A stretch of DNA of 64,000 nt from Candidatus Iainarchaeum sp. (GCA_043808155.1 JAZDFD010000034.1:739-64738); one strand, 5' to 3'. Counted from the first letter of the stretch, positions 8,662 to 16,637 are shown. Made by a program: numbers and translations. The notes: a model not told the origin generated them from the letters alone.

Positions 8662-9019
8662 TAGGAGGAATTATATGCCACCACGTAGACCAACACCTAA
8701 AAGATTTCAAAAACCTGAAATCCGCTGTGATGCAATTAGAAAAATAAGGAAAGTGCAGGCTCCTGATATCAAAGAGAACGATGCAATACTTATTGAAAGG
8801 CACAATGCACCATCATTAATTGGTTTTCATGATGGGCATGAATTAAAACTTACACACCAATTGAACAGAGAAGGTACACATTTTAAAACTTTAGTTACAG
8901 ATGTTGCACGTATGGACTCGGAAGCTAGAATGCAAAAAAGCGTTTTTACAATGTCATTTAATCCAGACGGAACTTTAAAATACCCGAAAGCTGTGAAAAG
9001 CATACACCTTATTGAGTGA
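8642..9019 (+). CDS. hypothetical protein (likely start ATG 8676, preceded by aggagg)
   Basis: An SD-like aggagg lies 6 nt upstream of ATG 8676 (MPPRRP). Confidence 0.4.
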   Translation: MIKYLFNRRNYMPPRRPTPKRFQKPEIRCDAIRKIRKVQAPDIKENDAILIERHNAPSLIGFHDGHELKLTHQLNREGTHFKTLVTDVARMDSEARMQKSVFTMSFNPDGTLKYPKAVKSIHLIE

Positions 9020-9127
9020 AACCCGCCTTATCCAATGAAAGTCATGGAGTTCAACATACCCATATAAACATTTCCTTAAGCAAATTCCTATAGAATTAGA
9101 GTTAAGGAAAAACTCAAGGATTTCAGA

Positions 9128-9412
9128 ATGCTTAAAAAAAATGAAAATTTTACAATTTTAAGCTTTAAAATTATTCCAAACTCTTCGGAGTTTAGGTTTA
9201 TGGGTATCGGCTCTTGGAGTAAAAGAGTCAGATTAAAAATAAAAAGTCCCGCAATCAATGGAAAAGCAAACCAAGAAATTATTGAAAATTTGACAAAATT
9301 ATTCAGCACAGATGTTGAAATCATTAAGGGCAAATTAAGCAATCAAAAAGAAATCCTTATTAAACTTGAAAAAGAAAACGTAATGAAAATAATTCAAAAA
9401 CAACTTTCCTAA
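9128..9412 (+). CDS. DUF167 (YggU/UPF0235) family protein
   Basis: The core RVRLKIKSPAINGKANQEIIENLTKLF..VEIIKGKLSNQKEILI matches the family pattern (GKAN .. G..S..K). Confidence 0.65.
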   Translation: MLKKNENFTILSFKIIPNSSEFRFMGIGSWSKRVRLKIKSPAINGKANQEIIENLTKLFSTDVEIIKGKLSNQKEILIKLEKENVMKIIQKQLS

Positions 9413-9453
9413 AAAAACTCTAGTTCTTCACATGAAAAGGAAGTGATTACAAA

Positions 9454-10845
9454 ATGGCTAAGACATATTTAAACACAGTTAAATATGAAATTGTTGTTAC
9501 ATTCAAAATTCAGGGAATTGTTGACAAGCACGATATTATTGGTGCGGTGTTTGGTCAGAGCGAAGGCCTTATTGGAGAGGAAATGAATTTAAGAGAACTC
9601 CAGAAAGGCGGAAAAATCGGAAGAATTGAAATTGAACATACCATAACTAACGGAAATACCGAGGGCACATTAACAATCCCAAGCAGTATGGACACTGTTC
9701 AGACGTCTTTGTTAGCTGCTGCAGTTGAAGCAGTTGATAAAGTTGGACCCTGCGAATCAGAATTTAACACAATTAAAATTGATGACGTAAGATCTGGCAA
9801 ACGTGACCAGATAAGAAAAAGAGCAGAAGAACTTTTGAAAAAATTAAGTGCAGACATGCCTGAATCAAAAGAACTTACTGCACAAATTCGCGGCGACAGA
9901 AAAAGTAATGAAGTAATTTTATGGGGCCCAGATAAGTTAGCAGCAGGTCCTGAAATTGATGAAAGCAATGAAATAATAATTGTTGAGGGCAGAGCTGATG
10001 TTTTAACTCTGCTGAAAAATAGTGTAGGAAATGCAATAAGCATGGGTGGAACAAGAATCCCACAAAGTCTTATTGATTTATGCCACAAAAAAACAGTTAC
10101 TGTTTTCATTGATGGGGATAGAGGCGGAGAACTTAACTTAAGAAAACTTGCAAATCTTGCTAAAGTTGATTTCTATATGAAAGCTCCTGACGGAAAAGAA
10201 GTTGAGGAACTTACAAGAAAAGAAATTGAAGCAAGTATGAAAAAGAAAAGTCCTCTCGAAGATTTCGGAAGAAATAATTATGTTCCACGCGGAAATTATT
10301 CAGATAGACCAATAACAAGAGACACGGGCAGAAGTTACGGAGACTCAAGAAGTCCAAGAGGCAGTTATGATTCACAAAGTCCAAGGGGAAGTTACTCACG
10401 CACAGATTCAAGAACCCCTTCAACAAGAGGACCAGGTAGAAGTTATGGTGAATCACGAGGACCTGGCAGACCACCAACACGTGGCAGAGCTTCATCTTAT
10501 GGAGCTCCAAGAAGTTATGACAGACAGGAACCTGCAAAAGATTTGCCTATTGAAATTAGTGCAGACCCAAAAGAAATTGCAACATACGAACCAGTGATGA
10601 AAACAGTAAGAGATTCACTGAAAGCAAAACTTCTTGACAAAAATAATAAAGAACTTTCAGAAATCAGCGTAAGAGATTTGATGAAAAAGATAAAAGATTC
10701 TAAAAATGTAAATGCAGTTGTTTTTGACGGTATTATAACTAAGAGATTAATTGATGCTGCAGAAGCTGCAAACATCAAATATCTTGTCGGTGTTAAGAAA
10801 GGTAAGATTGCTGAAAATGAAAAAGTTAAAGCAATTACACTTTAA
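9454..10845 (+). CDS. dnaG: archaeal DnaG primase (Toprim), with an inserted Arg/Ser/Gly/Tyr-rich low-complexity segment
   Basis: N-terminus is KYEIVVTFKIQGIVDKHDIIGAVFGQSEGLIGE. Toprim motifs IIIVEGRADV and FIDGDRGGE. Low-complexity region at aa 271-360. Confidence 0.85.
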   Translation: MAKTYLNTVKYEIVVTFKIQGIVDKHDIIGAVFGQSEGLIGEEMNLRELQKGGKIGRIEIEHTITNGNTEGTLTIPSSMDTVQTSLLAAAVEAVDKVGPCESEFNTIKIDDVRSGKRDQIRKRAEELLKKLSADMPESKELTAQIRGDRKSNEVILWGPDKLAAGPEIDESNEIIIVEGRADVLTLLKNSVGNAISMGGTRIPQSLIDLCHKKTVTVFIDGDRGGELNLRKLANLAKVDFYMKAPDGKEVEELTRKEIEASMKKKSPLEDFGRNNYVPRGNYSDRPITRDTGRSYGDSRSPRGSYDSQSPRGSYSRTDSRTPSTRGPGRSYGESRGPGRPPTRGRASSYGAPRSYDRQEPAKDLPIEISADPKEIATYEPVMKTVRDSLKAKLLDKNNKELSEISVRDLMKKIKDSKNVNAVVFDGIITKRLIDAAEAANIKYLVGVKKGKIAENEKVKAITL

Positions 10846-10857
10846 AAAATTTGAAAA

Positions 10858-10888
10858 GTCAGAGTTTAACTCTGACTCTTTTTTTTAT
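10858..10888. terminator. hairpin (GTCAGAG-TTTAA-CTCTGAC) followed by a T-run between convergent genes
   Basis: Perfect 7-bp stem at 10858-10876, then tcttttttttattttt. Confidence 0.45.
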
Positions 10889-10890
10889 TT

Positions 10891-11304
10891 TTAATCTACA
10901 TCTTTTATGCTTTGCTCAATCGGGATTATTATTGTTCCTGATTTGTAGAAGATTGTTCCGACAAGGAATACAGCTGCCCAAAAGAATAGATTTGCAATTG
11001 GGTAAAGGAATGCTGACCAGAATTGTCTAGATGTTAATTCCCATTGCCCGCCTTTAACTGAAAGTCCTGTCATTGCTTCTAATGAATCTTTACAATCCAT
11101 ATACTGAAGTTGAACTGCAGTGTCATCAGTTGATTCTATTGTTGCAAGGCATTCAGGATAGTTTTGCACAGCGTCCCATGAATCAAACATTCCCCCGCCT
11201 GCTCTTACAAACATTAATAGAGCTGCGAAAATAATGAATGCACCAATTAATTTGGGAAGGTGTAATTTGTCGCCTCCAATCTTGAAAAACATTATTCGTC
11301 TCAT
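10891..11304 (-). CDS. small membrane protein (137 aa, N- and C-terminal TM helices, Cys-containing loop)
   Basis: Hydrophobic segments LIGAFIIFAALLMFV and LFFWAAVFLVGTIFY. Confidence 0.45.
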   Translation of the reverse strand: MRRIMFFKIGGDKLHLPKLIGAFIIFAALLMFVRAGGGMFDSWDAVQNYPECLATIESTDDTAVQLQYMDCKDSLEAMTGLSVKGGQWELTSRQFWSAFLYPIANLFFWAAVFLVGTIFYKSGTIIIPIEQSIKDVD

Positions 11305-11378
11305 AATATCACCTTTATGTTCTGTGAATAATATGCTGTAGCGGTTTATAAATTTTGCGTGAGCAAATAAATCAGGCA

Positions 11379-11475
11379 GAGCTCAATCTGTGAGTAAATC
11401 AGATGCGCAGTAGATGCGAGCTAAAGCGAGCAAGTGCTACCGAAGGTGCACCCAAGCTCGAGGATTGAGCCTCGC
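11379..11475 (+). repeat. GC-rich structured 5' leader of tRNA-Val, homologous to the reverse strand of the 6026-6126 element. TATA-like tttataaa at 11345-11352.
   Basis: Hairpin at 11434-11451. Module 11452-11475 abuts the tRNA 5' end. 11379-11388 is complementary to 11463-11473 (10 bp, one bulge). Confidence 0.8.
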
Positions 11476-11548
11476 GGGCTTGTGGTCTAGTGGTTATGAT
11501 ACCGCCTTTACATGGCGGGGATCCCCGGTTCGATCCCGGGCAGGCCCA
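11476..11548 (+). tRNA. tRNA-Val (anticodon TAC)
   Basis: Manual cloverleaf: acceptor GGGCTTG/CAGGCCC, anticodon arm CCGCC-TTTACAT-GGCGG, T arm CCCGG-TTCGATC-CCGGG, discriminator A. No CCA. Confidence 0.93.
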
Positions 11549-11603
11549 TTTTTCTTTTAATTAAAAGGAACTATTTTTAAGTTCTCATGAGTTTAACTAT
11601 TAT

Positions 11604-12341
11604 ATGTCTCCTCCATTTGAAGATCCACATAGACCAAAAGATAAATTTAAAGAGATAGAAGAAGACAGAAAGAAAACTCAAGAGGAGCGTGAAAAAGCAT
11701 GGGGTCAGCAGAAAAGAACCGGAGCGAAAAAAAAATTCAGGCTAATAACAGAGGAGTTTGACAACCCAGATGTGAGAAGCTCACTTTCAGAAGACACATT
11801 AGAAGGAATTATCAGAACACTTAACCGCTTTGGGAGTGATATGAGCAATTGGGGGGAATCGCCTCCTGTACGTGTAGGTGAAGTGCAAGTTAAAATCAGA
11901 GAAATAAGAGAATTTATACAGACCGGAAAAGTTGGCGAGGGAATACGCAAAAAAACTGAAGAGAAAACAACTGCGCCTGCAAGAGCAAGGGTAACAGGAC
12001 ATTCATGGTCAAACACAATTGAAAAGCTAAGGAAAGAAGCATTGAACTTGATGAGAAGGAAGGGTCTTCAACAAGCTTTACAATTGCTGGAGGAACGAAA
12101 AGGCAGGACAATAGAGGGCACACTTCCCGGAAAGGATATGGCAGCCTTTAATGCTCTTAAAAAAGTAATTGTTCCCATTATAGATCCTGTTATTAGGAAC
12201 TTCAAAAAACAATTCAAAAAAGCAAGAGGACGGGACCTTACACCTGAAGAAGAGCGTGATTTAACAACCGAGATGAACGGTCTGCCGGCTATGAACTTTT
12301 ATATTAATGAAATATGGAAAGAAGCGCGAAGAATGAAGTAA
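11604..12341 (+). CDS. hypothetical highly charged protein (245 aa)
   Basis: Long ORF. Antisense ORFs are shorter and low-complexity. No motif recognised. Confidence 0.45.
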   Translation: MSPPFEDPHRPKDKFKEIEEDRKKTQEEREKAWGQQKRTGAKKKFRLITEEFDNPDVRSSLSEDTLEGIIRTLNRFGSDMSNWGESPPVRVGEVQVKIREIREFIQTGKVGEGIRKKTEEKTTAPARARVTGHSWSNTIEKLRKEALNLMRRKGLQQALQLLEERKGRTIEGTLPGKDMAAFNALKKVIVPIIDPVIRNFKKQFKKARGRDLTPEEERDLTTEMNGLPAMNFYINEIWKEARRMK

Positions 12342-12622
12342 TTCTATAAGGAACCAGCTAAAGAGAAAATTTAAATTAACCAAAAACAAGTCTTATTTAT
12401 GGTTTCTAAAAATAGCAAGCCTATCACAATCGAGATTCTTGTTGAGGGCTACGGGGGAGCTTGTTTTCACATCCATTAAAGCAACAAAGGATGATTTTAA
12501 AGAGCTTTTGAGAGTTTCCAGAAATCCAGTGATGAGGGAAAACCTAAAAAGAGAGCTTAAAAAAGGAAAATTGAATTCTAAAGTTAGTTTTAAAATCTTT
12601 CTCAGGAGAAGTTGTATTGTCT

Positions 12623-12694
12623 GCGGTCATGGTCTAGTGGTTATGATACGACCTTGCCAAGGTTGTGACCCGGGTTCAATTCCCGGTGACCGCA
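12623..12694 (+). tRNA. tRNA-Gly (anticodon GCC)
   Basis: Acceptor GCGGTCA/TGACCGC, anticodon arm CGACC-TTGCCAA-GGTTG, T arm CCGGG-TTCAATT-CCCGG, discriminator A. TATA-like ttttaaaa about 30 nt upstream. Confidence 0.93.
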
Positions 12695-12743
12695 TACACC
12701 GAAAGGATTCGTTTGCAATCCGTGCGCCTTCGGCAGCACTGTT
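12695..12743 (+). repeat. tRNA-Gly(GCC) 3' trailer with two hairpins. The second (12722-12739, then TGTT) belongs to the shared GTGC..TTC..GCAC hairpin family.
   Basis: GGATT-cgtttgc-AATCC (12705-12721). GTGCGCC-TTC-GGC-A-GCAC followed by TGTT, as in the tRNA-Gly(UCC) trailer. Confidence 0.7.
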
Positions 12744-13704
12744 AAGCCCTTGTTTTTGTCATGAATTTTTCCGGTGAAACAGCTGGTTTTATTTTTGATT
12801 CTTTTTTCTCGTGTTTTGTGAGAACTTCATTGTAAATTGCGATAGTGCCGAAAATTCCAATTAACATTGCAAGCGGGATTGTTATTGCATTTTCAATAAA
12901 AATTAGAACTAATGAAAATATTGAACTAATGAAACCCAATCCCATAAAAGTTAACGGAGTAGTTACTAAACTTAGTGCAAAGAAAAGCATACTGATTATG
13001 GAATTAATAACCATTAAAATTACTGAAATAAGCATTGTTGCAATAAAAACTTCGAGAACTCTCCCTTCAGTCATTAACCAGCTTTCCCTTATTGACTGGA
13101 TTATACCCATGTCCTGACTCATGAAAATAGCACTGCTTAATGAAAGTCTTATTGCGTTGTAGAAATACACAACGAAATAAATCAAAAGTGAAACTATTGT
13201 GATTAAAATTCCAGCAATATTTGCAGGGCGCGGAAATGACATTAAATAAATTCCAAAAACACCTGCAACAAGAATCAATAATAATTTAAGATTAAAAATT
13301 GAAAATAACGCAGCTAAACTTTCTGCAAGTCCCAGAAGCACTAAACTAAATGCTTTTTTCCAATTGAAAAAAGGAGCTGGTAAATTTTTAGTTTTCAATG
13401 CAAAAAGATAAATCATTCCGGTTGCAAATGCAAATACAGTTCCTGCAACTACTGTGAAAATAATTATTGACATTAATAAAATTCCCAAAAATGGAAACAG
13501 AAATTCAGGAGTGAAAAAATTCATTGGTGAAATGAAACCCTGCTGTAATGTCGGGAGAAGTACAAACATTGCAAGCCCTGCAATCATTAAAACTAACAAA
13601 ACAGCTGCGAAAATCCACGCTCCTGTTATTGTCAAAACATGCTTCCATGTTTCTTTTATTTTAGTCCATGCAAAAGCAAATTTCACTACTTCTTCATAGT
13701 TCAT
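12742..13704 (-). CDS. polytopic membrane protein (320 aa, about 7-8 TM helices)
   Basis: Repeated long hydrophobic segments throughout. No family motif recognised. Confidence 0.55.
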   Translation of the reverse strand: MNYEEVVKFAFAWTKIKETWKHVLTITGAWIFAAVLLVLMIAGLAMFVLLPTLQQGFISPMNFFTPEFLFPFLGILLMSIIIFTVVAGTVFAFATGMIYLFALKTKNLPAPFFNWKKAFSLVLLGLAESLAALFSIFNLKLLLILVAGVFGIYLMSFPRPANIAGILITIVSLLIYFVVYFYNAIRLSLSSAIFMSQDMGIIQSIRESWLMTEGRVLEVFIATMLISVILMVINSIISMLFFALSLVTTPLTFMGLGFISSIFSLVLIFIENAITIPLAMLIGIFGTIAIYNEVLTKHEKKESKIKPAVSPEKFMTKTRA

Positions 13705-13782
13705 GTAGTAATTTAGGGTTTGAAATATTTAAGTGTTTCTTCGAAAGTTAAGCTTTTTTAGTGGTTTGAACTTATAACTGGC

Positions 13783-15189
13783 ATGATTATGAAAAAGAAG
13801 ACAAAGATTATTTGTACGATTGGTCCCGCGAGCAATGAGAAATCTGTTCTGAAAGAAATGATTGACGCAGGAATGGATGTTGCTAGAATTAATTGCTCTC
13901 ATGGAAACCATGAATTTTATTCTGACGTTATTGGGAAAGTCAGGTCATTGAACAATGATGTTGCAATAATTATTGATTTACAGGGCCCCGAAATTAGACT
14001 AAATTGTGAGAATACTTGCGCGTTTATTATGGGGAAAAAATTTACTTTTTCTTGCGGAAGAAATGGCAAAAGTCCATGGGTTGATTTTCCGCTTTACAAA
14101 TACGTTAAGAAAAATGACAAGATATTACTGGGTGACGGAGAATTAGAACTTAAAATAGTGAAAGTCAGTAATAAGAAAATTGAATGCACAACATTAAATG
14201 AAGCACAACTTGACGGACGGAAAGGACTGCATGTTGTGGGCAAAAATATCCCGATGGATTTCCTTTCAAAAAAAGACATTTCAGATTTGCAATTTGCAAT
14301 TAAGAACAAAGCAGATTTTGTTGCAGCGTCTTTTGTGCACAATGTACAAAATGTTAAAGCAGTTAAAAAAATCCTTGGGAAGTCAGGAATTAAAATAATT
14401 TCAAAAATTGAAAGCAGAAGTGCAGTGAAAAATATTGATAAAATAATTGCAGAAAGTCATGCAATAATGGTTGCACGCGGTGATTTAGGTTTAGAACTCC
14501 CTGCAGAAGAAGTTCCTTTATTGCAAAAGAAAATTATAAAAAAATGCAATATTTTAGGCACGCCTGTTGTTGTTGCAACCCAGATGCTTGAGTCCATGGT
14601 TTCAAAACCACGTCCAACACGCGCAGAAACCAGTGATGTTGCAAATGCAATTCTGGACGGGTGTGATGCAATAATGCTTTCAGGTGAAACCGCAATTGGA
14701 AAATACCCTGTAAAAGCAGTTAGGGAAATGACTAAAATTGCAAAAAAAGTTGAACCAGAAGTAAAAATGCCGGAAGTTACTGAAAAATACGGGAGTGTGA
14801 GTAATGCGATTTCGCACGCAGTAAACAGAATTTCAAAAGTTATGAAAGTTGATAAAATTCTTACAGCAACAATGTCAGGTTATACTGCGAGAAAAATTGC
14901 AAGACACAGACCAACTGCACCAATAATTGCAATTACAAAAAGCGATATTGTTAGACGGCAACTTGCATTAGTGCGCGGTGTTGTTCCGGTTTCATTTCAT
15001 CTGACAGAAGTTATGCCAAGTGAAAAATTAAGCGATACAATAAATCTCTGCCTTAGAAAAAAACTTATCGGATTAGATGATACTATTGCAATCACCGGTG
15101 GCATTGCAAACATGGGCAAACCCAACACAAATTTTATCAGAATTCATAAGGTTTCGGATTTAGTAAAATATTACAAAAATAAAAAGTGA
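13783..15189 (+). CDS. pyk: pyruvate kinase
   Basis: KTKIICTIGPAS, MDVARINCSHG, ISKIES, MVARGDLG, ATQMLESM and MLSGETA motifs. Confidence 0.9.
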   Translation: MIMKKKTKIICTIGPASNEKSVLKEMIDAGMDVARINCSHGNHEFYSDVIGKVRSLNNDVAIIIDLQGPEIRLNCENTCAFIMGKKFTFSCGRNGKSPWVDFPLYKYVKKNDKILLGDGELELKIVKVSNKKIECTTLNEAQLDGRKGLHVVGKNIPMDFLSKKDISDLQFAIKNKADFVAASFVHNVQNVKAVKKILGKSGIKIISKIESRSAVKNIDKIIAESHAIMVARGDLGLELPAEEVPLLQKKIIKKCNILGTPVVVATQMLESMVSKPRPTRAETSDVANAILDGCDAIMLSGETAIGKYPVKAVREMTKIAKKVEPEVKMPEVTEKYGSVSNAISHAVNRISKVMKVDKILTATMSGYTARKIARHRPTAPIIAITKSDIVRRQLALVRGVVPVSFHLTEVMPSEKLSDTINLCLRKKLIGLDDTIAITGGIANMGKPNTNFIRIHKVSDLVKYYKNKK

Positions 15190-15594
15190 TTATCTCTTTT
15201 TTCGGGGTTGGTTAATTAACCCTAAATCTGAAAGAACACGATTTAATCTTAAATATTCCCGCTCAACAACGTTAGCTCTTTGCATTTCAGCATGTCTTTT
15301 AATTGCTTTTTTCAGCATTAGTGTCAATTCCGGATTTGCATTAATTTGTTTTTTGTTATAACCTCCCTGAAGAAAGTATTCATAGCGGTGTGCTTCTGCC
15401 ACACTAGATTGCTCTTTAGAAGCCAAAGTTGAAATGTCTTTAGTTTTAGGAATTTTAATTTCAGATACCGGTATACAGGGGACATTTGGAATTAGTGATT
15501 TAGGTGTGGGTTTTTTCGTTTTCTTTGTTGGTCTAAAACTTCGTAGATTCGTTGACTCAATATGCTTAGGTCTCTTACTGTAATATCCAGCCAT
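15190..15594 (-). CDS. hypothetical basic protein (134 aa)
   Basis: ORF abutting the pyk stop. No motif recognised. Confidence 0.4.
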   Translation of the reverse strand: MAGYYSKRPKHIESTNLRSFRPTKKTKKPTPKSLIPNVPCIPVSEIKIPKTKDISTLASKEQSSVAEAHRYEYFLQGGYNKKQINANPELTLMLKKAIKRHAEMQRANVVEREYLRLNRVLSDLGLINQPRKKR

Positions 15595-15612
15595 TTTAAA
15601 TCACACATAAGA

Positions 15613-16281
15613 TTAGGGTTTCAGAGTTTTTAATATTTCCTGATGGATTTCTTCTTTTGATTTGAGTTTTGAGTTTGACACGCAGTTGATTTTTTTCCAG
15701 TTTTTTTGTTTTGCAAGCTGTAAGTATATTTTTCTTGTGCGTTCCAGATATTTTAAATCTGATTCATGGATGTCTTTTGTTTTGCCTTTGCGGTATTTCT
15801 TTGTTCGGTCTGTTCCTTTCATTAGTTTTTGGGAAATTGGAACTGGGACGTCAAGGAAGAAAGTGAAGGTTGGTTTAGGGAGTGTAGATTCTAAATTTTT
15901 AACCCATTTAATGAATTGATTTCTTTTTGCAGTGTTTGTGAATTTCGCACCTTGGTGTGCAATGTTTGAAGCAGTGTATCTGTCAAGAATTACTGTGAAG
16001 CCCTGTGAAAGTTTTTTTTCAATTTCATCAGAAGCAGAATATTTATCCAATGCATAAAGCATTACTGCAGATTCTGAAGAAAATTTTTCTTTTGACCCAA
16101 ATTCACCAGAGAGATATTTCCCTATGATTTTTCCAAAGAATGTATTGTAACGCGGAAAGGACATCAAAACTGCTTTTTTTCGTTTTTTCCGGAGATGATT
16201 CAGAAGTAATTTTGTTTGGGTTGCTTTGCCTGAAGCATCAGTTCCCTCAATAACAATCAGTTGCCCTTTCATTTGAACCAA
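15613..16281 (-). CDS. tmk: thymidylate (dTMP) kinase
   Basis: P-loop IVIEGTDASGKATQ, DRY-type segment LDRYTASN. Size 222 aa. Confidence 0.85.
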   Translation of the reverse strand: MVQMKGQLIVIEGTDASGKATQTKLLLNHLRKKRKKAVLMSFPRYNTFFGKIIGKYLSGEFGSKEKFSSESAVMLYALDKYSASDEIEKKLSQGFTVILDRYTASNIAHQGAKFTNTAKRNQFIKWVKNLESTLPKPTFTFFLDVPVPISQKLMKGTDRTKKYRKGKTKDIHESDLKYLERTRKIYLQLAKQKNWKKINCVSNSKLKSKEEIHQEILKTLKP

Positions 16282-16333
16282 TAGGAATAGAGAGTTAGTT
16301 ATTTAAAAGTGTTTCAGAAGAATAGTCTGTTAG

Positions 16334-16405
16334 GCAGTCGTGGTCTAGTGGTTAGGATCCGAGCCTTCCAAGCTCGTTACCCGGGTTCGAATCCCGGCGA
16401 CTGCA
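16334..16405 (+). tRNA. tRNA-Gly (anticodon TCC)
   Basis: Acceptor GCAGTCG/CGACTGC, anticodon arm GAGCC-TTCCAAG-.. (loop CTTCCAA), T arm CCGGG-TTCGAAT-CCCGG, discriminator A. TATA-like atttaaaag about 28 nt upstream. Confidence 0.93.
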
Positions 16406-16533
16406 CTCGCCGGAAAGATCCGGCGGTGATCTGTACACCCTTCGGTAGCACTGTTGTGAACGAAGTGAACATGTGGCACTTTAGTGCCACTCGCACTAGC
16501 CGGGCGTTCGGCTTTCGAATCCCGGAGGTTGCA
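16406..16533 (+). repeat. GC-rich multi-hairpin 3' trailer of tRNA-Gly(UCC), built from the same modules as 6026-6126 and the tRNA-Val leader. Ends with a tRNA 3'-end-like fragment.
   Basis: Hairpins at 16409-16424, 16433-16451 and 16473-16490. Modules 16456-16472 and 16491-16515 match the reverse complement of 6080-6120. TTCGAATCCCGG-AGGTTGCA at 16514-16533. Confidence 0.8.
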
Positions 16534-16637
16534 TATTTCTAATTATTTCGCTTTGAATTATTCAACATAATCTTTGCCCATAAAAAAGCATCCTCTAAAA
16601 CAAAGAATAAAAAGGTAAGTTACGTAAGTCTATTAAC

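Noticed and set aside
10211-10597. ORFs on both strands within the DnaG low-complexity region
   Set aside because: They are caused by the repetitive AGA/AGT/GGA-rich coding repeat and lie entirely within the well-supported dnaG frame.
11416-11475. Hammerhead or other known small self-cleaving ribozyme in the three-way-junction-like leader
   Set aside because: The conserved hammerhead core (CUGANGA ... GAAA) is not conserved between the copies: CTGAAAG occurs only in the 6062-6079 copy on the reverse strand. No other ribozyme consensus was recognisable by eye.
12527-12600. C/D box sRNA suggested by GTGATGA at 12527 upstream of tRNA-Gly(GCC)
   Set aside because: No CTGA D or D' box occurs within the following roughly 90 nt, and there is no terminal stem.
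12439-12777. 112-aa ORF in the track
   Set aside because: It uses a non-ATG start and reads straight through tRNA-Gly(GCC) (12623-12694) and its hairpin trailer. The GC-rich RNA sequence keeps the frame open, so it is not a credible CDS.
16406-16533. Possible reduced 5S rRNA (GAACGAAGTGAAC resembles the 5S loop C/helix III consensus GAAC..GAAGTGAAAC, and a three-way junction can be drawn)
   Set aside because: The closing helix and both arms are far shorter than in any 5S rRNA. The loop A, loop E and helix IV/V consensus sequences are absent. The same modules also occur rearranged at two other loci, which does not fit a single-copy rRNA.
16309-16542. 77-aa ORF in the track
   Set aside because: It is entirely composed of tRNA-Gly(UCC) and the GC-rich trailer, which makes it an artefact of the structured RNA sequence.
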